Of a stretch of DNA of 64,000 bases, positions 1 to 11,712 are shown one piece after another; positions within the stretch are counted from its first letter, which is position 1, and the number at the start of each line of letters is the position of its first letter. The notes beneath the pieces are model-generated. The model was not told the DNA's origin, did no database searches, and saw only the letters and a list, made by a program, of their open reading frames with translations. This DNA comes from Eledone cirrhosa (taxonomy: Eukaryota), in the NCBI GenBank assembly GCA_964016885.1, contig OZ024744.1, forward strand, positions 77,996,001 through 78,060,000, in the 5' to 3' direction. Both the position numbers and the translations under genes were made by a program.

Positions 1-387
1 AGTCTGTGGTGAGATATAGTCTGTTGTGAGATATAGTCTATGGTGTGATATAGTCCATTGACAACTTAGCCTTCAATTAGGTGAAGATGATATAATCCAT
101 TGATAGGCTACACTTCAGTGTAGTAAACTTTAAGTGGTCCTGTCAGATAAATTTTCTGAAATACCCAGCTAGCTCTGTAGAAAAGTTTGTTACTTTGTTA
201 TTGTAATTATCATCTCATATGCATGCTCTGCTTTAGAATGGGCAGTTTCTTTGGTGTGTATGTATAAAATATAATGTTACATGGTAATAAGGCATGGGCC
301 TTGAATATATAGTAATGAATGTGACGAAACAGTGAAGACTGCCTGCAGGAGGCAAACCAATTAATGAAATTAACAGAGTATAAAAGT

Positions 388-672
388 CTAAAACGTTTCT
401 AATTCCCAGAGAATCATTAGGCTGGTGCTTATTCCGGTTTCATTTGTGTTAAGTGACTGAGAGTACAAAACTCCCACCTGTACAGGATGGCAGTCCATCA
501 CAGGGTTAAACTCCCAGCTACTGTTGGTACTCACTTTTAACTGAGTATACTGGAGCAACATAAAATGAAGTGTTTTGCTCAAGAAAACAACACACAACCC
601 TGTCCAGGAATGAAACCCACAACATTATGATCGTAATAAGTCCAACACTCAAATTACAAGACCACATGCCTT
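388..672 (-). mobile_element. tRNA-derived SINE with Meta/V-like central domain
   Basis: Minus strand has a tRNA-like head, the core 'cttgagcaaaacacttcatttt..gctccagtatactcagtt..aagtgagt' and the tail 'cctgtgatggactgccatcctgtacagg'. Related copy at ~27650-27905. Confidence 0.7.
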
Positions 673-759
673 GAATCACAGAGGAGTGTGATGATTAGAA
701 TCATACTTTAGAATACCTGTTTACATTTGCTAGTTAAACAGCAAGATATTCATTAGAAT

Positions 760-975
760 AATGGTTTCTTATTTAGGCACAAGGTCAACAATGGTAGGGA
801 GGGGAAAGTTGATTAAATTGACTTCAGTGCATTACTGGTACTTTATTTGATCAATCCCATAAGGATGAAAGGCAAAGCTAACTTCGGTGGGATTTGAACT
901 CAAAATGTCAAGGGTCATAACTATACGCCACGAAACATGTTGTCCAATGCTCTACTGATTCTGCCAATCCACCAA
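760..975 (-). mobile_element. tRNA-derived SINE family 1 (octopus OR-like)
   Basis: B-box GTTCAAATCC on minus strand plus 'tttgcctttcatcctt..ataaagtaccagtaatgcact', a body repeated more than 10 times in the window. Confidence 0.8.
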
Positions 976-1420
976 GAGCAACATTGGTGGCATGGAGAGG
1001 GGAGACTAGTATGCATTGAGGACTACTGGTCTTCCACAAATACACCTTGCCCAGGCTTGTGCTTCGGAAGGGAACTTTCCAGCTGCAAAATCATGGCCAT
1101 TTGTGACCAAAGGGGGCCTACAACAGTAAGATCAGGTGTGCTTCCATTATCAGTAATCATATTAGCATTTTCACTCTACCTATCTCCCACAAACATCTCA
1201 CTATTTATCTTTCATCTCAATGGTTATATAATGAGGGAAGACATTTGATCTGATCATCACTCTAACTGCTAACCATAGTTCTCCCTCCATTGCCAGCTAT
1301 TGGAGATTGACTACACAAAGTGGTGGGATCTTGTCTCAATGCTGATCAGTGAATGTGAAATAATGATTTCTACTTTTGACATAAGGTCAGTAATTTATAG
1401 GGAGGGGAAATGACAGCTCC

Positions 1421-1667
1421 GATGCAATGGGCATGTGGTTAGAATGTCTCAGGAAAGAATCGCTGGACAGATTTTACGGGAAAAGCCAACTGGCAGGAGA
1501 CCCTGGGGGTAGACCCCAAGCCAGATGGTTGGATAACAACCGTGAGCTTGGCTGATCATGCTTGGGGATCCAGCTGGATGAGTTGGAGACTGTTGCTTCT
1601 GACAGGACCTACTGGAAGGATTGTTTGAGGACTCTGCACCCCACGACCCTTTCGGGAACAAGTGGGT
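1421..1667 (+). mobile_element. 3' fragment of RTE (Expander/Rex3-like) LINE
   Basis: Reads GHVVRMSQERIAGQILREKPTGRRP..GRP..RW, the RTE ORF C-terminus, and ends in a GAA tail. Opposite-strand relative at ~52795-53250. Confidence 0.75.
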
Positions 1668-1784
1668 GAAGAAGAAGAAGAAGAAGAAGAAGAAGAAGAA
1701 GAAGAAGAAGAAGAAGAAGAAGAAGAAGAAGAAGAAGAAGAAGAAGAAGAAGAAGAAGAAGAAGAAGAAGAAGAAGAAGAAGAA
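1668..1784. repeat. (GAA)39 microsatellite, tail of the RTE fragment
   Basis: Perfect GAA run of 117 bp. Confidence 0.97.
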
Positions 1785-2159
1785 GGGGGAGGAGGAGGAG
1801 GGGAGGAGTAGGAGATCCTAGTACTTGACTAGTCAATTATAATTAATGGTACTTTATTTTATCAACCTCAGAAGGGTGGAAGGTAAAGTCGACCGTTGTG
1901 GGATTTAAACTCACAATATAAAGAGCCCTAACATATACTGGTAAACATTTGTTTGATTCTCTAATGTAGGGTTCTGAAACTCAAGTACTTAAAAGGGCCA
2001 TTACGTCCTGGAGTAGAGTCGCAGTGAGCCAAAAGTGAAATAGGGGAGGGCGTGATTTCTACTATTCATAATGCTAATAAGACGCTAAATAACTGATAAG
2101 ATGCTATTATTTTTTTTTTTCTGCATCAAAATGAATACACAGTTGATGCATATATACAG

Positions 2160-2975
2160 TATACACCACAGCACCCCAGCCCACCTTTCCATGAGGACAG
2201 GCTGAAGAATATATCCAGTGAAGCCTCCAGCCCACACTGTAAAGTGGTTGTGTAGGTGTCAAAAAGCACCCAGTCCACACTGTAAAGGGGTTGTGTAGGT
2301 GTTATGGTAAAAAGCACCCAGTCCACACTGTAAAGTGGTTGTGTAGGTGTCATGGTAAAAAGCACCCAGTCCACACTGTAAAGTGGTTGTGTAGGTGTCA
2401 TGGTAAAAAGCACCCAGTCCACACTGTAAAGTGGTTGTGTAGGTGATGCAACAAAAAATACCCAGTACACACTGTAAAGTGATTGTGTAGGTGTCACGAC
2501 AAAAAGCACCCAACCCACACTGTAAAGTAGCCGTGTAGGTGTCACAACAAAAAGCACCCAGTACTCACTGTAAAGTGGTCGTGTAGGTGTCACAACAAAA
2601 AGCACACAGTTCACACTGTAGAGTGGTTGTGTAGATGTCATGACAAAAAGCACCCAGTACACATTGTATAGTGGTCATGTAGATGTCATGACAAAAAGTA
2701 CCCAGCCCAGACTGTGAAATGGATGTGTAGGTGTCATGACACAAAGCACCCAGTCCACACTATAAGGTGGTCTTGAAAGTGTCACGACAAAAAGCACCCA
2801 GTACTCACTGTAAATGAGGTTGGTGTTAGGAAGGGCTTCCAGCTGTAGAAACCAAGTTAAAATCAGTTCTGTATGAGCAAGACATGGTCATCTGACTTAG
2901 CATTGCCGGCAACAGGACAACTTGTCTAAACCATGCTAGCATGGAAAAATGGACGTAAAACGATGATGATGATGA
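2160..2975 (+). mobile_element. RTE 3' UTR-derived element with expanded 48-bp minisatellite (~12 units)
   Basis: Unit ccacactgtaaagtggttgtgtaggtgtcatggtaaaaagcacccagt repeated at ~2230-2815, then 'ggttggtgttaggaagggc..ccagctgtagaa..catgctagcatggaaaaatggacgtaaaac(gat)n', matching the RTE 3' end at 8062-8300. Confidence 0.85.
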
Positions 2976-3520
2976 TATGACAGGAAATGAAATATGTGAA
3001 TTAGTACAAAATGTATGGAGACAAATTTTCCATTTCAAATTTTCTTTAAAAACCCATATATGCCTATTTATATACACAAGGGACAAATTACCAAGTTTAA
3101 GGAAAATATTAGTCATGAAAATTGTTTGGGTAGCGTGTTTCAAACTCCTGCTCTAATGACTCTGCCAATCCATCATCCTTGTTGAATATGAAATAATGAA
3201 ACATGTATTTACTACAATACACATGAGATTTATATCATCTTTGCTTGATAGTTATCTGTTTTATTGTAAACAATATATCAATTTTAAAATAACGAAGGTT
3301 AGAGAACAATAAAATATCCTTTGAAAATGTCTACAAAACCAATTTTGTACAGGAATGAGGATTAAGGCCAACTTAGCAACTATTTATAGAAGTGTTCAGA
3401 ATGCTGACCACTGCTGTATATATGTGCAAGATATGAGTGTAAGATTTCATTAACCTATGTGCAAAACAGTGTGATGTAGTGTGGTGTAATCTTTAACTGC
3501 TTAATGAACACAACCACAAG

Positions 3521-3678
3521 GATATGGCCCGAACGTGGAAGAGCCGAACTCCCACTGCCATCGCCTGCATCTCTCTCGCCCTCTCCATCTCTTCATATGT
3601 TGAGCAAATGGGGTCCCATGTGCTGGCCTCCCCACAGCCCCGGCGGACAGAATGAAGAAGGTGTTTCCCTGGAGGATG
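3521..3678 (+). CDS. possible exon of an unidentified plus-strand gene
   Basis: GC-rich non-repetitive stretch with an open frame (IWPERGRAELPLPSPASLSPSP...EEGVSLED) and donor G|GTAAG at 3679, phase 1. Acceptor uncertain. Confidence 0.25.
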
Positions 3679-4065
3679 GTAAGGGAGATGTGCTGGTGTG
3701 CATATATGTAATTTCTTTGTTCATTATAACAAAGTAAACAACAAACAAGAATAATAAATTCAATACTGATATATAAAATAGTATATTATAAATTTATTTC
3801 TACTGTACTGGTATCATACCAGTAGTCTTCTCTCTTACACATTACATCTGATTTCCCTTATATTCATATTTTCTCTGTTTATTTGTGCTCTGCTGTTCAT
3901 GGCTTACTAACTTTACACATCCATTTCAGTCTGCTTATCTCATGGTTTGAACATCCCTTTCAAACCCCATTCATTTATCCCTAGCTTCTTTAGCGACCAC
4001 CAGATTATAGAATGTGGTACCCTGTCAAAGGCTTTTTTTCAAATCAATGATTGCTATGTACAAGA

Positions 4066-4400
4066 TGTTCTCATCTCATCTGTCCCGTAGTTTGATGGAC
4101 CATTGGGCACCACAGACAACCTCGTAACCAGCTCCTTCCATTCGTCTTGCCTCTCAGCCCTCCTCATGCCTGTCCATTCCGGGATGTTATCCTTCCATCT
4201 TTTTTTCTGTCTGCCTCTCTTCATCCCTGCAGGACAATTTTGGCAAGCCCTGAAGATCTTGTCACATGCCCGTACCATCTCAATTTGCATTGTTTTACAA
4301 TGGTGAGTAGGTCTAACTGACAAGATGTTACTCCAAGCTAAATACTTTGTTAGTTGTCTCATTAGGAAGATGACATTAGTAGTAACTCTGAACTGCATCT
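4066..4400 (-). mobile_element. degenerate RTE LINE 3' fragment
   Basis: GMKRGRQKKRWKDNIPEWTG..RRAERQDEWKELV, a typical RTE/BovB-like C-terminus. Confidence 0.7.
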
Positions 4401-4505
4401 CATCTATTTTCATTTTGCTCTGAATCAATTAAGTAAAAACTCGTTCAGTGACTTGCAAAACCTAGTCCAAAATTTTGATACCTCTTTCTAGTATATCATT
4501 TTTAA

Positions 4506-4713
4506 CCCTTTAGCATTTAAACTGGCCTTATCCAGCCAGAAATGTTTCACCTCTTTTTGTTCAAACTGGTTGTAACTAGCCGCTCATACTGATGTTAAGG
4601 TATTGTTCTCAAAATATATAATATCAGAATCTCTTAGCTTTGATATTGTGTGAAGTAAAGCCTTTACCGTGAAAATATAATAGTAAATATAGAATGATGT
4701 AAATGTTAAAGGG
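4506..4713. mobile_element. ~210-bp TTAA MITE (piggyBac-like)
   Basis: TTAA|CCCTTTAGCATTTA...TAAATGTTAAAGGG|TTAA; multiple copies in the window. Confidence 0.85.
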
Positions 4714-4717
4714 TTAA

Positions 4718-5010
4718 ACTTGTAGCAGTTGACAATGCTACTGTTACACCAGTCTTTGGTTATGACACCTTCCTGTACCACCTGATTAACTATGCAAGTA
4801 GCTAGCAAATGCCCAACTTTGCCAGATATTTTAAGCATCTCATTGACAATAGATTAGCAGCTTTACCATCCTTTCTTAATTGTGTTTGAGACCATACTTA
4901 TGTCATCTTCAATTGCAGTTCCTTCAGTTGGGTCAACTTGGAGCAGGCCCCTTTTTCTTCCAGATATTTTACACATTCAAAAGATTCTAATAATAGCACA
5001 TTCATGCCTC
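4718..5010 (-). mobile_element. old RTE RT-domain fragment
   Basis: IVNQVVQEGVITKDWCNSSIVNCYK matches IVNQVIQNGVVPKDWRSIIINCYK in the 9003-10265 ORF. Confidence 0.75.
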
Positions 5011-5157
5011 TTTCTTATGTTCTTTGCTAAATGAAAGATGCATTAAAAATCAAAGTTGTTTGAAGAGCATCATCTGTTGGGTTCAAAAGAAATCTTGGAA
5101 TGAAAACATCTTTACTCTAAGAAAATCTGTCCAAATTGTTGCTTTTGTGATGTGTAG

Positions 5158-5217
5158 AATCATTTACTTCCCCACCAGACAGAATTGAGGGAGATTTAGT
5201 TTCTAAGAAAAAAGATG
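5158..5217 (+). CDS. possible 60-bp phase-1 exon (ESFTSPPDRIEGDLVSKKKD)
   Basis: TGTAG| acceptor, G|GTAACT donor, open frame, phase-compatible with the candidates at 3678 and 25728. Confidence 0.25.
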
Positions 5218-5304
5218 GTAACTCTTTTCTGAAAGATTAACCAATATGGCAGCATTCCGTGGTAATTCACTGATTCAAAAGATTTACTGCAGTTCTCTCC
5301 CTTA

Positions 5305-5656
5305 TCATCATCATCACTCATCATCACTTCATTTTACGTCCGCTTTTTCCCTGCTTGCAAGGGTAGGACGGTAACTGATGCTGGCTTGATTTCTACAGCT
5401 GGATGCCCTTCCTAACACCAACCTCATTTACAGTGAGTGCTGGGTGCTTTTTTGACGTGGCACCTCCACGACCACTTTGCAGTGGAATGATAGGGACACC
5501 AGTCCCTATCATCTCATTTCTACAGCTGAGTAAACTGGAGCAATGTGAAATAAAGTGTCTTGCTCAAGGAAACAACACATCACTCGGTCTGAGAATTGAA
5601 CTCACAACCTTTCGATTGCAAGGCCAATGCTCTAACCACTAAGCCATGTGCCTCCA
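5305..5656 (-). mobile_element. SINE family 2: tRNA head + central core + RTE-derived 3' tail
   Basis: Close reverse-complement match to 39546-39929. Confidence 0.85.
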
Positions 5657-6400
5657 TCATCCTATCATATTCTCCTTGTTTATCCTCTTGGCCACTACTC
5701 CCCGTCAAATTTTGCTCTGAGTCCCTTCTGCCTTAAAATAACAAAAACAGCATAGAATGGAGAGTACTTTTTTTGCCATGTAAGGGTAAAGCAACTTCTT
5801 TTATGTAAAATACACCCAGGACACTCTGTAAAGTGGTTGATGATTGACTGACGACACTGCAGGACATAGAAGCTTCTTTAATTTTATCGAGGATATAAGA
5901 GCCTCTCTAGTGCTAGTGCTACAATAAAATACACCCAGTAGACTGTCAAGTGGCTAGTGCTAGAAATGGTATCAAGCCATAGAAACTATACCAGAAATTG
6001 TAAGGTATGAGCAAGATGTCTCTATGACTTGTCTAGAGAGCAGTAACTCTGAATAAAAACTCAAATTGTAATTATCAAGTATTCAATTCAACTGAACCTA
6101 GCAGGGAGAGCAGATGTGAAAATTAACAATGTGTGTATATACAGGGGCCAGCCATTGAAGAACCAACAACATACCTCTAGCTGGCCCTCTGTATCAAGAA
6201 AAGAAAATCTTTCTCAAAGAAATTATTGGATTTTTCCAAACTTCAAGGTTTTCTATGAAATTTGATTGTTTTATAGGTTTTGCCATCTGAAGAACTCACA
6301 CTATCACAACTGATAGTCCTCGGTGAAATATATATAACAGATTTAAATAAACCTGAACCAACCAAATATGGCCTCAGATCTTATATACTGTATTATATAT

Positions 6401-6900
6401 ATAATACAGTATATAGAGAAGAAAACACAATGAGGTATGTTTTCAATTACAGGGGACAGAGAACCACTAGAGTGAAAATCATGAATTAAAAGAATAAATC
6501 AAAATGCACAGACGAACCTTTATAACTATAAAACACCTGGACAAACTCTAATAAGCTGTCTGAAGTATTTTTAGAAGTGTGGATCACCTGTTGATAAGCC
6601 CTAAGAGGTATGGTATCTACACTTTTTATGGCGAAACATTCCCTTATTAGAGTTTGTCCTGGTGTTTGTAGTTATAAAAGGTTGGTCTGTGCATTTTTAT
6701 TTATTCTTTTAATTAATACGTATTTTCCACTCCTTTTGTAGATTTTATGCTTTTCATTCTAGTGGTTCCCTATAACCAGTAATTGAAAACATACCTGTTT
6801 GTGTTTTCTCTATATACTGTATTATAAAGAGCTCGGTATTTATTCCTTGAGCTCATTAAATTACAGGGGATTAACGTGAGTTTTTAACTCCATTTTTTAA
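6401..6900. mobile_element. Penelope-like element remnant, fold-back
   Basis: Imperfect inverted arms 6401-6556 / 6643-6825; decayed HHR-like core TTGATAA-GCC...GGC-GAAAC at 6591-6637. Confidence 0.55.
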
Positions 6901-6944
6901 TTTTATATATATATATATATACAGTATATATATATTTATTTATT

Positions 6945-6975
<31 letters not shown>

Positions 6976-7460
6976 AATTATTGTGTACAGTGCTCAGGTA
7001 CACTACAACTCATCAAAGGTGCATGTATAGTACATAGAATAATGTACAAATGTCAGGAAAATGAACAGTGTATGAGTCATGATATAATAATAATAACAAT
7101 AATGAAATATTGTGTACAGTGCCCAGGTGCACCACAACTCATCAAAAAAGTGCATGTACAGTACGTAGGGCAATGCACAAACATCAGTAAAATGAACAGT
7201 GCACGAGTCATGATACACACATGTGTGCATGTGTATGGAAGGGGTTCATCAGGTGTAGTTTTGGCGTATTTCGGGAAGCATGAGTGTCTTAAAGGATGCA
7301 GTGTCTCGGCAGCTAACAACTGACGCAGGAAGTTTGTTCCATGCTTCAGCAACTCTGAGCGTGAAAAAATGTCTACGAAAGTCATGGGAGCTGTGCTGTT
7401 TTCTGATCTTGTAGGCATGTCCACGTGTGTTAGACACATGGAGATCAAAGAGGCGCTCAG
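6945..7460 (-). mobile_element. CR1-clade LINE 3' fragment with duplicated 3' terminus
   Basis: SNTRGHAYKIRKQHSSHDFRRHFFTLRVAEAWNKLP; near-identical to 55685-56050; (TTA)n tail; terminal ~130 bp present twice. Confidence 0.9.
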
Positions 7461-7700
7461 ATTAAAATTTAAGCAAAGAATCGCTGCTTTTGCCCTTAAC
7501 GGGATCTTCTGAAACATACCTCTTCGTGTTTCTGAAACGTTTCAGAAGATCCCGTTAAGGGTGAAATCAGCGATTCTTTGCTTAAACTTTAATCTGTTAT
7601 TTTAATAAATATTTGCTCTAGGGTTCTTATATATTTGATATATATTTATCCTTATCGAGCCCTCTTTCGATTTTAGTCTTCAAATTTATTATTACTATTA
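7458..7700 (+). mobile_element. Penelope-like terminal-repeat remnant, fold-back
   Basis: Inverted arms 7458-7515 / 7539-7596 with CAGAAGA-TCCC-GTTAA-GGGT-GAAA, followed by AATAAA. Related pieces at ~58940-58990 and 59760-59843. Confidence 0.55.
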
Positions 7701-7705
7701 TTATA

Positions 7706-7750
<45 letters not shown>

Positions 7751-7827
7751 ATATATACATATATATATATGTATATATACATATATATATATATGTATAT
7801 ATACATATATATATATATGTATATATA

Positions 7828-7961
7828 CAACGAAGGAAATGTGGTAAGGAACAAGGTGGACCATAACGCACCAAAGTACTCAATACTTGGGGTAGTAGAG
7901 TGGGTAATAGGAACCAGTAAGACCCCGACGGCTGAGCTCAAGCCGTTTCGACGGCTAATTC
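7828..7961 (-). mobile_element. Penelope-like remnant carrying the 3' half of a hammerhead motif
   Basis: Minus strand GAAACGGC-TTGAGCTCA-GCCGTC (5-bp stem III, GUC site), embedded in (TA)n. Related to 26790-26945. Confidence 0.55.
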
Positions 7962-8061
7962 TATATATATATATACATATATATGTATATATACATATAT
8001 ATATATACATATATATATACATATATATATACATATATATATACATATATATATACATATA

Positions 8062-10925
8062 TCATCATCATCATCGTTTAACGTCCATATTCCACGCTTG
8101 CATGGGTTTGGACGGGAGTTTTCCCACTTGAGGCAAGAGTGGTTGTCTTGCTCGCATAGGACTGTCTGGCGGGTTTTCTACAGCTGGATGCCCTTCCTAA
8201 CACCAACCACATTTACAGTGTAGGACTGGGAGGTTTTTACCGTGTTGCCTACACGGCCACATTATAGCGTGGACTGTGTGTCTTTTTTGTCGTGACACCT
8301 ACACGACCTCATTTGTTTCGGCCTGGATGTTGTGGCACCAACATAACTTTACATTGAAAGGGACGGTGTGGATGGGGTGGGGGTGGTGGGACGGGGGTGT
8401 ATTTTGTTAGAGGTGCCTACTGACTGTAGTAGATTTTACTTTGTATATAGGTAAGGCAGGTCTTCTCTATTACTGAGTACCGCCAAAGATCTCGGTCCAG
8501 TGACATTGTCTTGGAGAGGTGTAAGTGTGTGAGGTCGGAATTTACCAAGTCGTCCCAGGTTTTTCTGGGTCTGCCTACTCCGTGGCTACCATCTATCTTT
8601 ATTGCCCTGCACTTTTTTATACAGCTGTCGTCTTTCATGCGCATCACGTGACCATACCAACATAGCCTTCTCTCGAGTAAACAACATCTGATCCCTCTTA
8701 TTTCTAATTTTTCCCTTAGTTCGTTTATGCTTTGCCGTTCACGTATATTACTATTACACATCCAGCGGAGCATGCAAGCTTCGTTCCTCTCTAGTCTACG
8801 TATATCCTCTGCACACAAGGCCCAGGTCTCACTGCCATGCAACATTGCTGTTCGTATGCAGGCATCATACAACCTGCCTTTCATTTTTAGGGAGAACCCT
8901 TTAGCGGCTACTTATTGGACCAGAGCACCAGCCACATGTAAAATCTATGTTCTTAGTTAGCTTACCCGTGATCCCACTACATCTTTTATGCACCCATACT
9001 TTTCATTTGGGACATAAAATGGAGTTTCTACCTACGCCTTTCCTACACACTGAGCATGGCCATTTCCCGGAAGGGACCGGCGCCTTATTTTCTTTCCTAC
9101 AAACTAGAACTTTAGTCTGAGCCAGGTTAATTTTAAGGCCTTTTGATTCTAGGCCGTGCTTCCATGTTTGGAATTTCTTCTCTAGCTCGGCCATTGATTC
9201 AGCTATGAGTGTTAGATCATCTGCGTATAGGAGTTCCCATGGGCAGCCGGTCTTGAACTCCACTGTTATAGCCTGAAGGGCAATAATAAATAGTAGGGGG
9301 CTAAGAACAGAGCCCTGATGAACACCAACTTTTACGCTAAACTCTTCACTATATTCGTTGTTAATTCTAACCTTGCTGACTGTTTCTTTATACATGGCTT
9401 GTATAGCTCTCACAAGCCATTCATCAACACCTAGTTTTCTAAGAGCCCACCAGATAATGGAACGGGGGACTCTGTCGAAGGCTTTCTCCAAGTCGACAAA
9501 AGCTAAGTATAGGGGTTTACTTTTAGTTAGGTACTTCTCCTGTAGTTGTCGTACAATGAAAAGAGCGTCTGTGGTACTTTTGCCTGACACAAACCCGAAC
9601 TGCATTTCATCTAGATCAATTCTCTCTCTGATTAGTTGCGCTATTACTTTTTCCGTGACCTTCATGACCTGGTCGATTAATTTAATGCCTCTATAGTTAC
9701 TCCTATCTAGGGCATCTCCTTTACCCTTGTAGCAGTTAATGATGATGATGCTACGCCAGTCCTTCGGAACAACCCCATTCTGTATGACTTGGTTTACTAT
9801 CCGGGTGACCATGGTGTGTCCCACTGTTGCAGAGGCTTTCAGCATTTCAGCAACTATTTCCGAATGCCCAGCCGCCTTACCCGTCTTCATATCTTTGATT
9901 GCCTTACTTATTATATTACCTTCGACTAACACTGCTGGTCCCTCTATTGGGTCGATGTGGGGGAGACTGTCTTTCTCCCATTTATTCTCCTTATTTAGTA
10001 GCCTTTCGTAGTGACACTTCCAAGCTACCTTCTTATCAGCATCAGTAATGGCAAGTACGCCATCATCATTAAGTACACACTTCTCCCCGACAATATCACG
10101 GTTTTCCTTGACACATTGCCTAGCAATCCTGAACACCTCACGTTTTCGGTCCTCGCGTTGTAGAACATGCTTGAACTTTCTTTCCTCTGCTTCCCTTCTT
10201 GCGAAGTACACTTGTCTCCTAGCTTCCCTCCTAGCCACTTGATAGTCTTCTCTACTTCCCCCCATCCCGCCATACTTTCCAAGCCTGCTTTTTGGCCTTA
10301 ATTAACTCCTCCACCTTACTGTTCCATCACCATGTTACTCTCCTCCTGCCTATAGGTCTGCTCCAGCCACAGACTTCGTCTGCCGCCATCAGCAGGTTTG
10401 CTTTCAGGAATTCCCACTGTTCCTCTATATTATACGACTCTAATTGCTCTTCCTTACTGTCGAAAGCATCAAGTAATATGCTTTGAAATTTATTTCTGGC
10501 TATGGGGTCCTTTAGCTTCCACATTTTTCTCCTGAGGTTAGTCCTCTTCTGCTGTCTAGTACGTCTCGTCCTGACTATGAGGTCGCTAATTATCAGTCTA
10601 TGTTGGGAGGTGCATTCTTCATGGGGGAGGGATTTAGTGTTAACAACAGACACTCTGTCACGTCTTCTGGTAAGGATATAATCTACCTGGCTTGTGTGTT
10701 CCCCCGATCTATAGGTGATCAAGTGATTGTCTCGTTTTTTGAAGTTAGTGTTACAGATAGTTAGGTTATTTGCGTCACAGAATTCCAGGATTCTGGAGCC
10801 TTCCTCATTTCTAGTACCGAACCCATAGCCTCCATGGATTCTGTCATAGCCGTCACAATGTTCTCCAACGTGACCATTTAGGTCGCCTGCAATAATTATA
10901 TAGTCACTGTCGGTTATTTGGGAGG
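8062..10925 (-). mobile_element. RTE LINE family A, 5'-truncated, disrupted (APE + RT + PHD-like finger)
   Basis: [20 protein letters not shown] endonuclease motifs; FVDLEKAFD, GVHQGSVLSP, LYADD RT motifs; (GAT)n tail; frameshift, stop and internal deletion. Confidence 0.95.
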
Positions 10926-11030
10926 TATATATATATACATATATATATACATATATATATATATACATATATATATATACATATATACATATATATATAC
11001 ATATATATATACATATATATATATATATAC

Positions 11031-11083
<53 letters not shown>

Positions 11084-11102
11084 CATATATACATATATAT
11101 AT

Positions 11103-11135
<33 letters not shown>

Positions 11136-11151
11136 TATATACATATATATA

Positions 11152-11390
11152 TCATTTCATCATCATCATTTCATTTTACGTCCACTTTTCCCTGCTTGCA
11201 AGGGTGGGACGGGAAATGATTCTGGCTTGATTTCTACAGCTGGATGCCCTTCCTAACACCAACCTCATTTACAGAGAGTGCTGGGTGCTTTTTTTCCGTG
11301 GCGCCTACACGTCCACTTTACAGTGGAATGATAGCGACCCCAGTCCCTATCATCTCATTTCTACAGCTGAGTAAACTGGAGCAATGTGAA
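11152..11390 (-). mobile_element. SINE family 2, 5'-truncated at a (TA)n tract
   Basis: Matches 5320-5552. Confidence 0.85.
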
Positions 11391-11458
11391 ATATATATAT
11401 ACATATATATATACATATATATATATACATATATATATACATATATATATATATATAC

Positions 11459-11489
<31 letters not shown>

Positions 11490-11508
11490 CATATATATAT
11501 ACATATAC

Positions 11509-11545
<37 letters not shown>

Positions 11546-11558
11546 CATATATATATAC

Positions 11559-11589
<31 letters not shown>

Positions 11590-11658
11590 CATATATATAC
11601 ATATACATATATATACATATATATATATAGATATATATATACATATATATATATACAC

Positions 11659-11711
<53 letters not shown>

Positions 11712-11712
11712 C

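Noticed and set aside
1609-1836. Poly-K and poly-L ORFs
   Set aside because: Translation of (GAA)39.
2230-2815. 48-bp arrays as CRISPR or a 16-aa repeat protein
   Set aside because: No unique spacers, no cas genes, eukaryotic context; units belong to an RTE 3' UTR.
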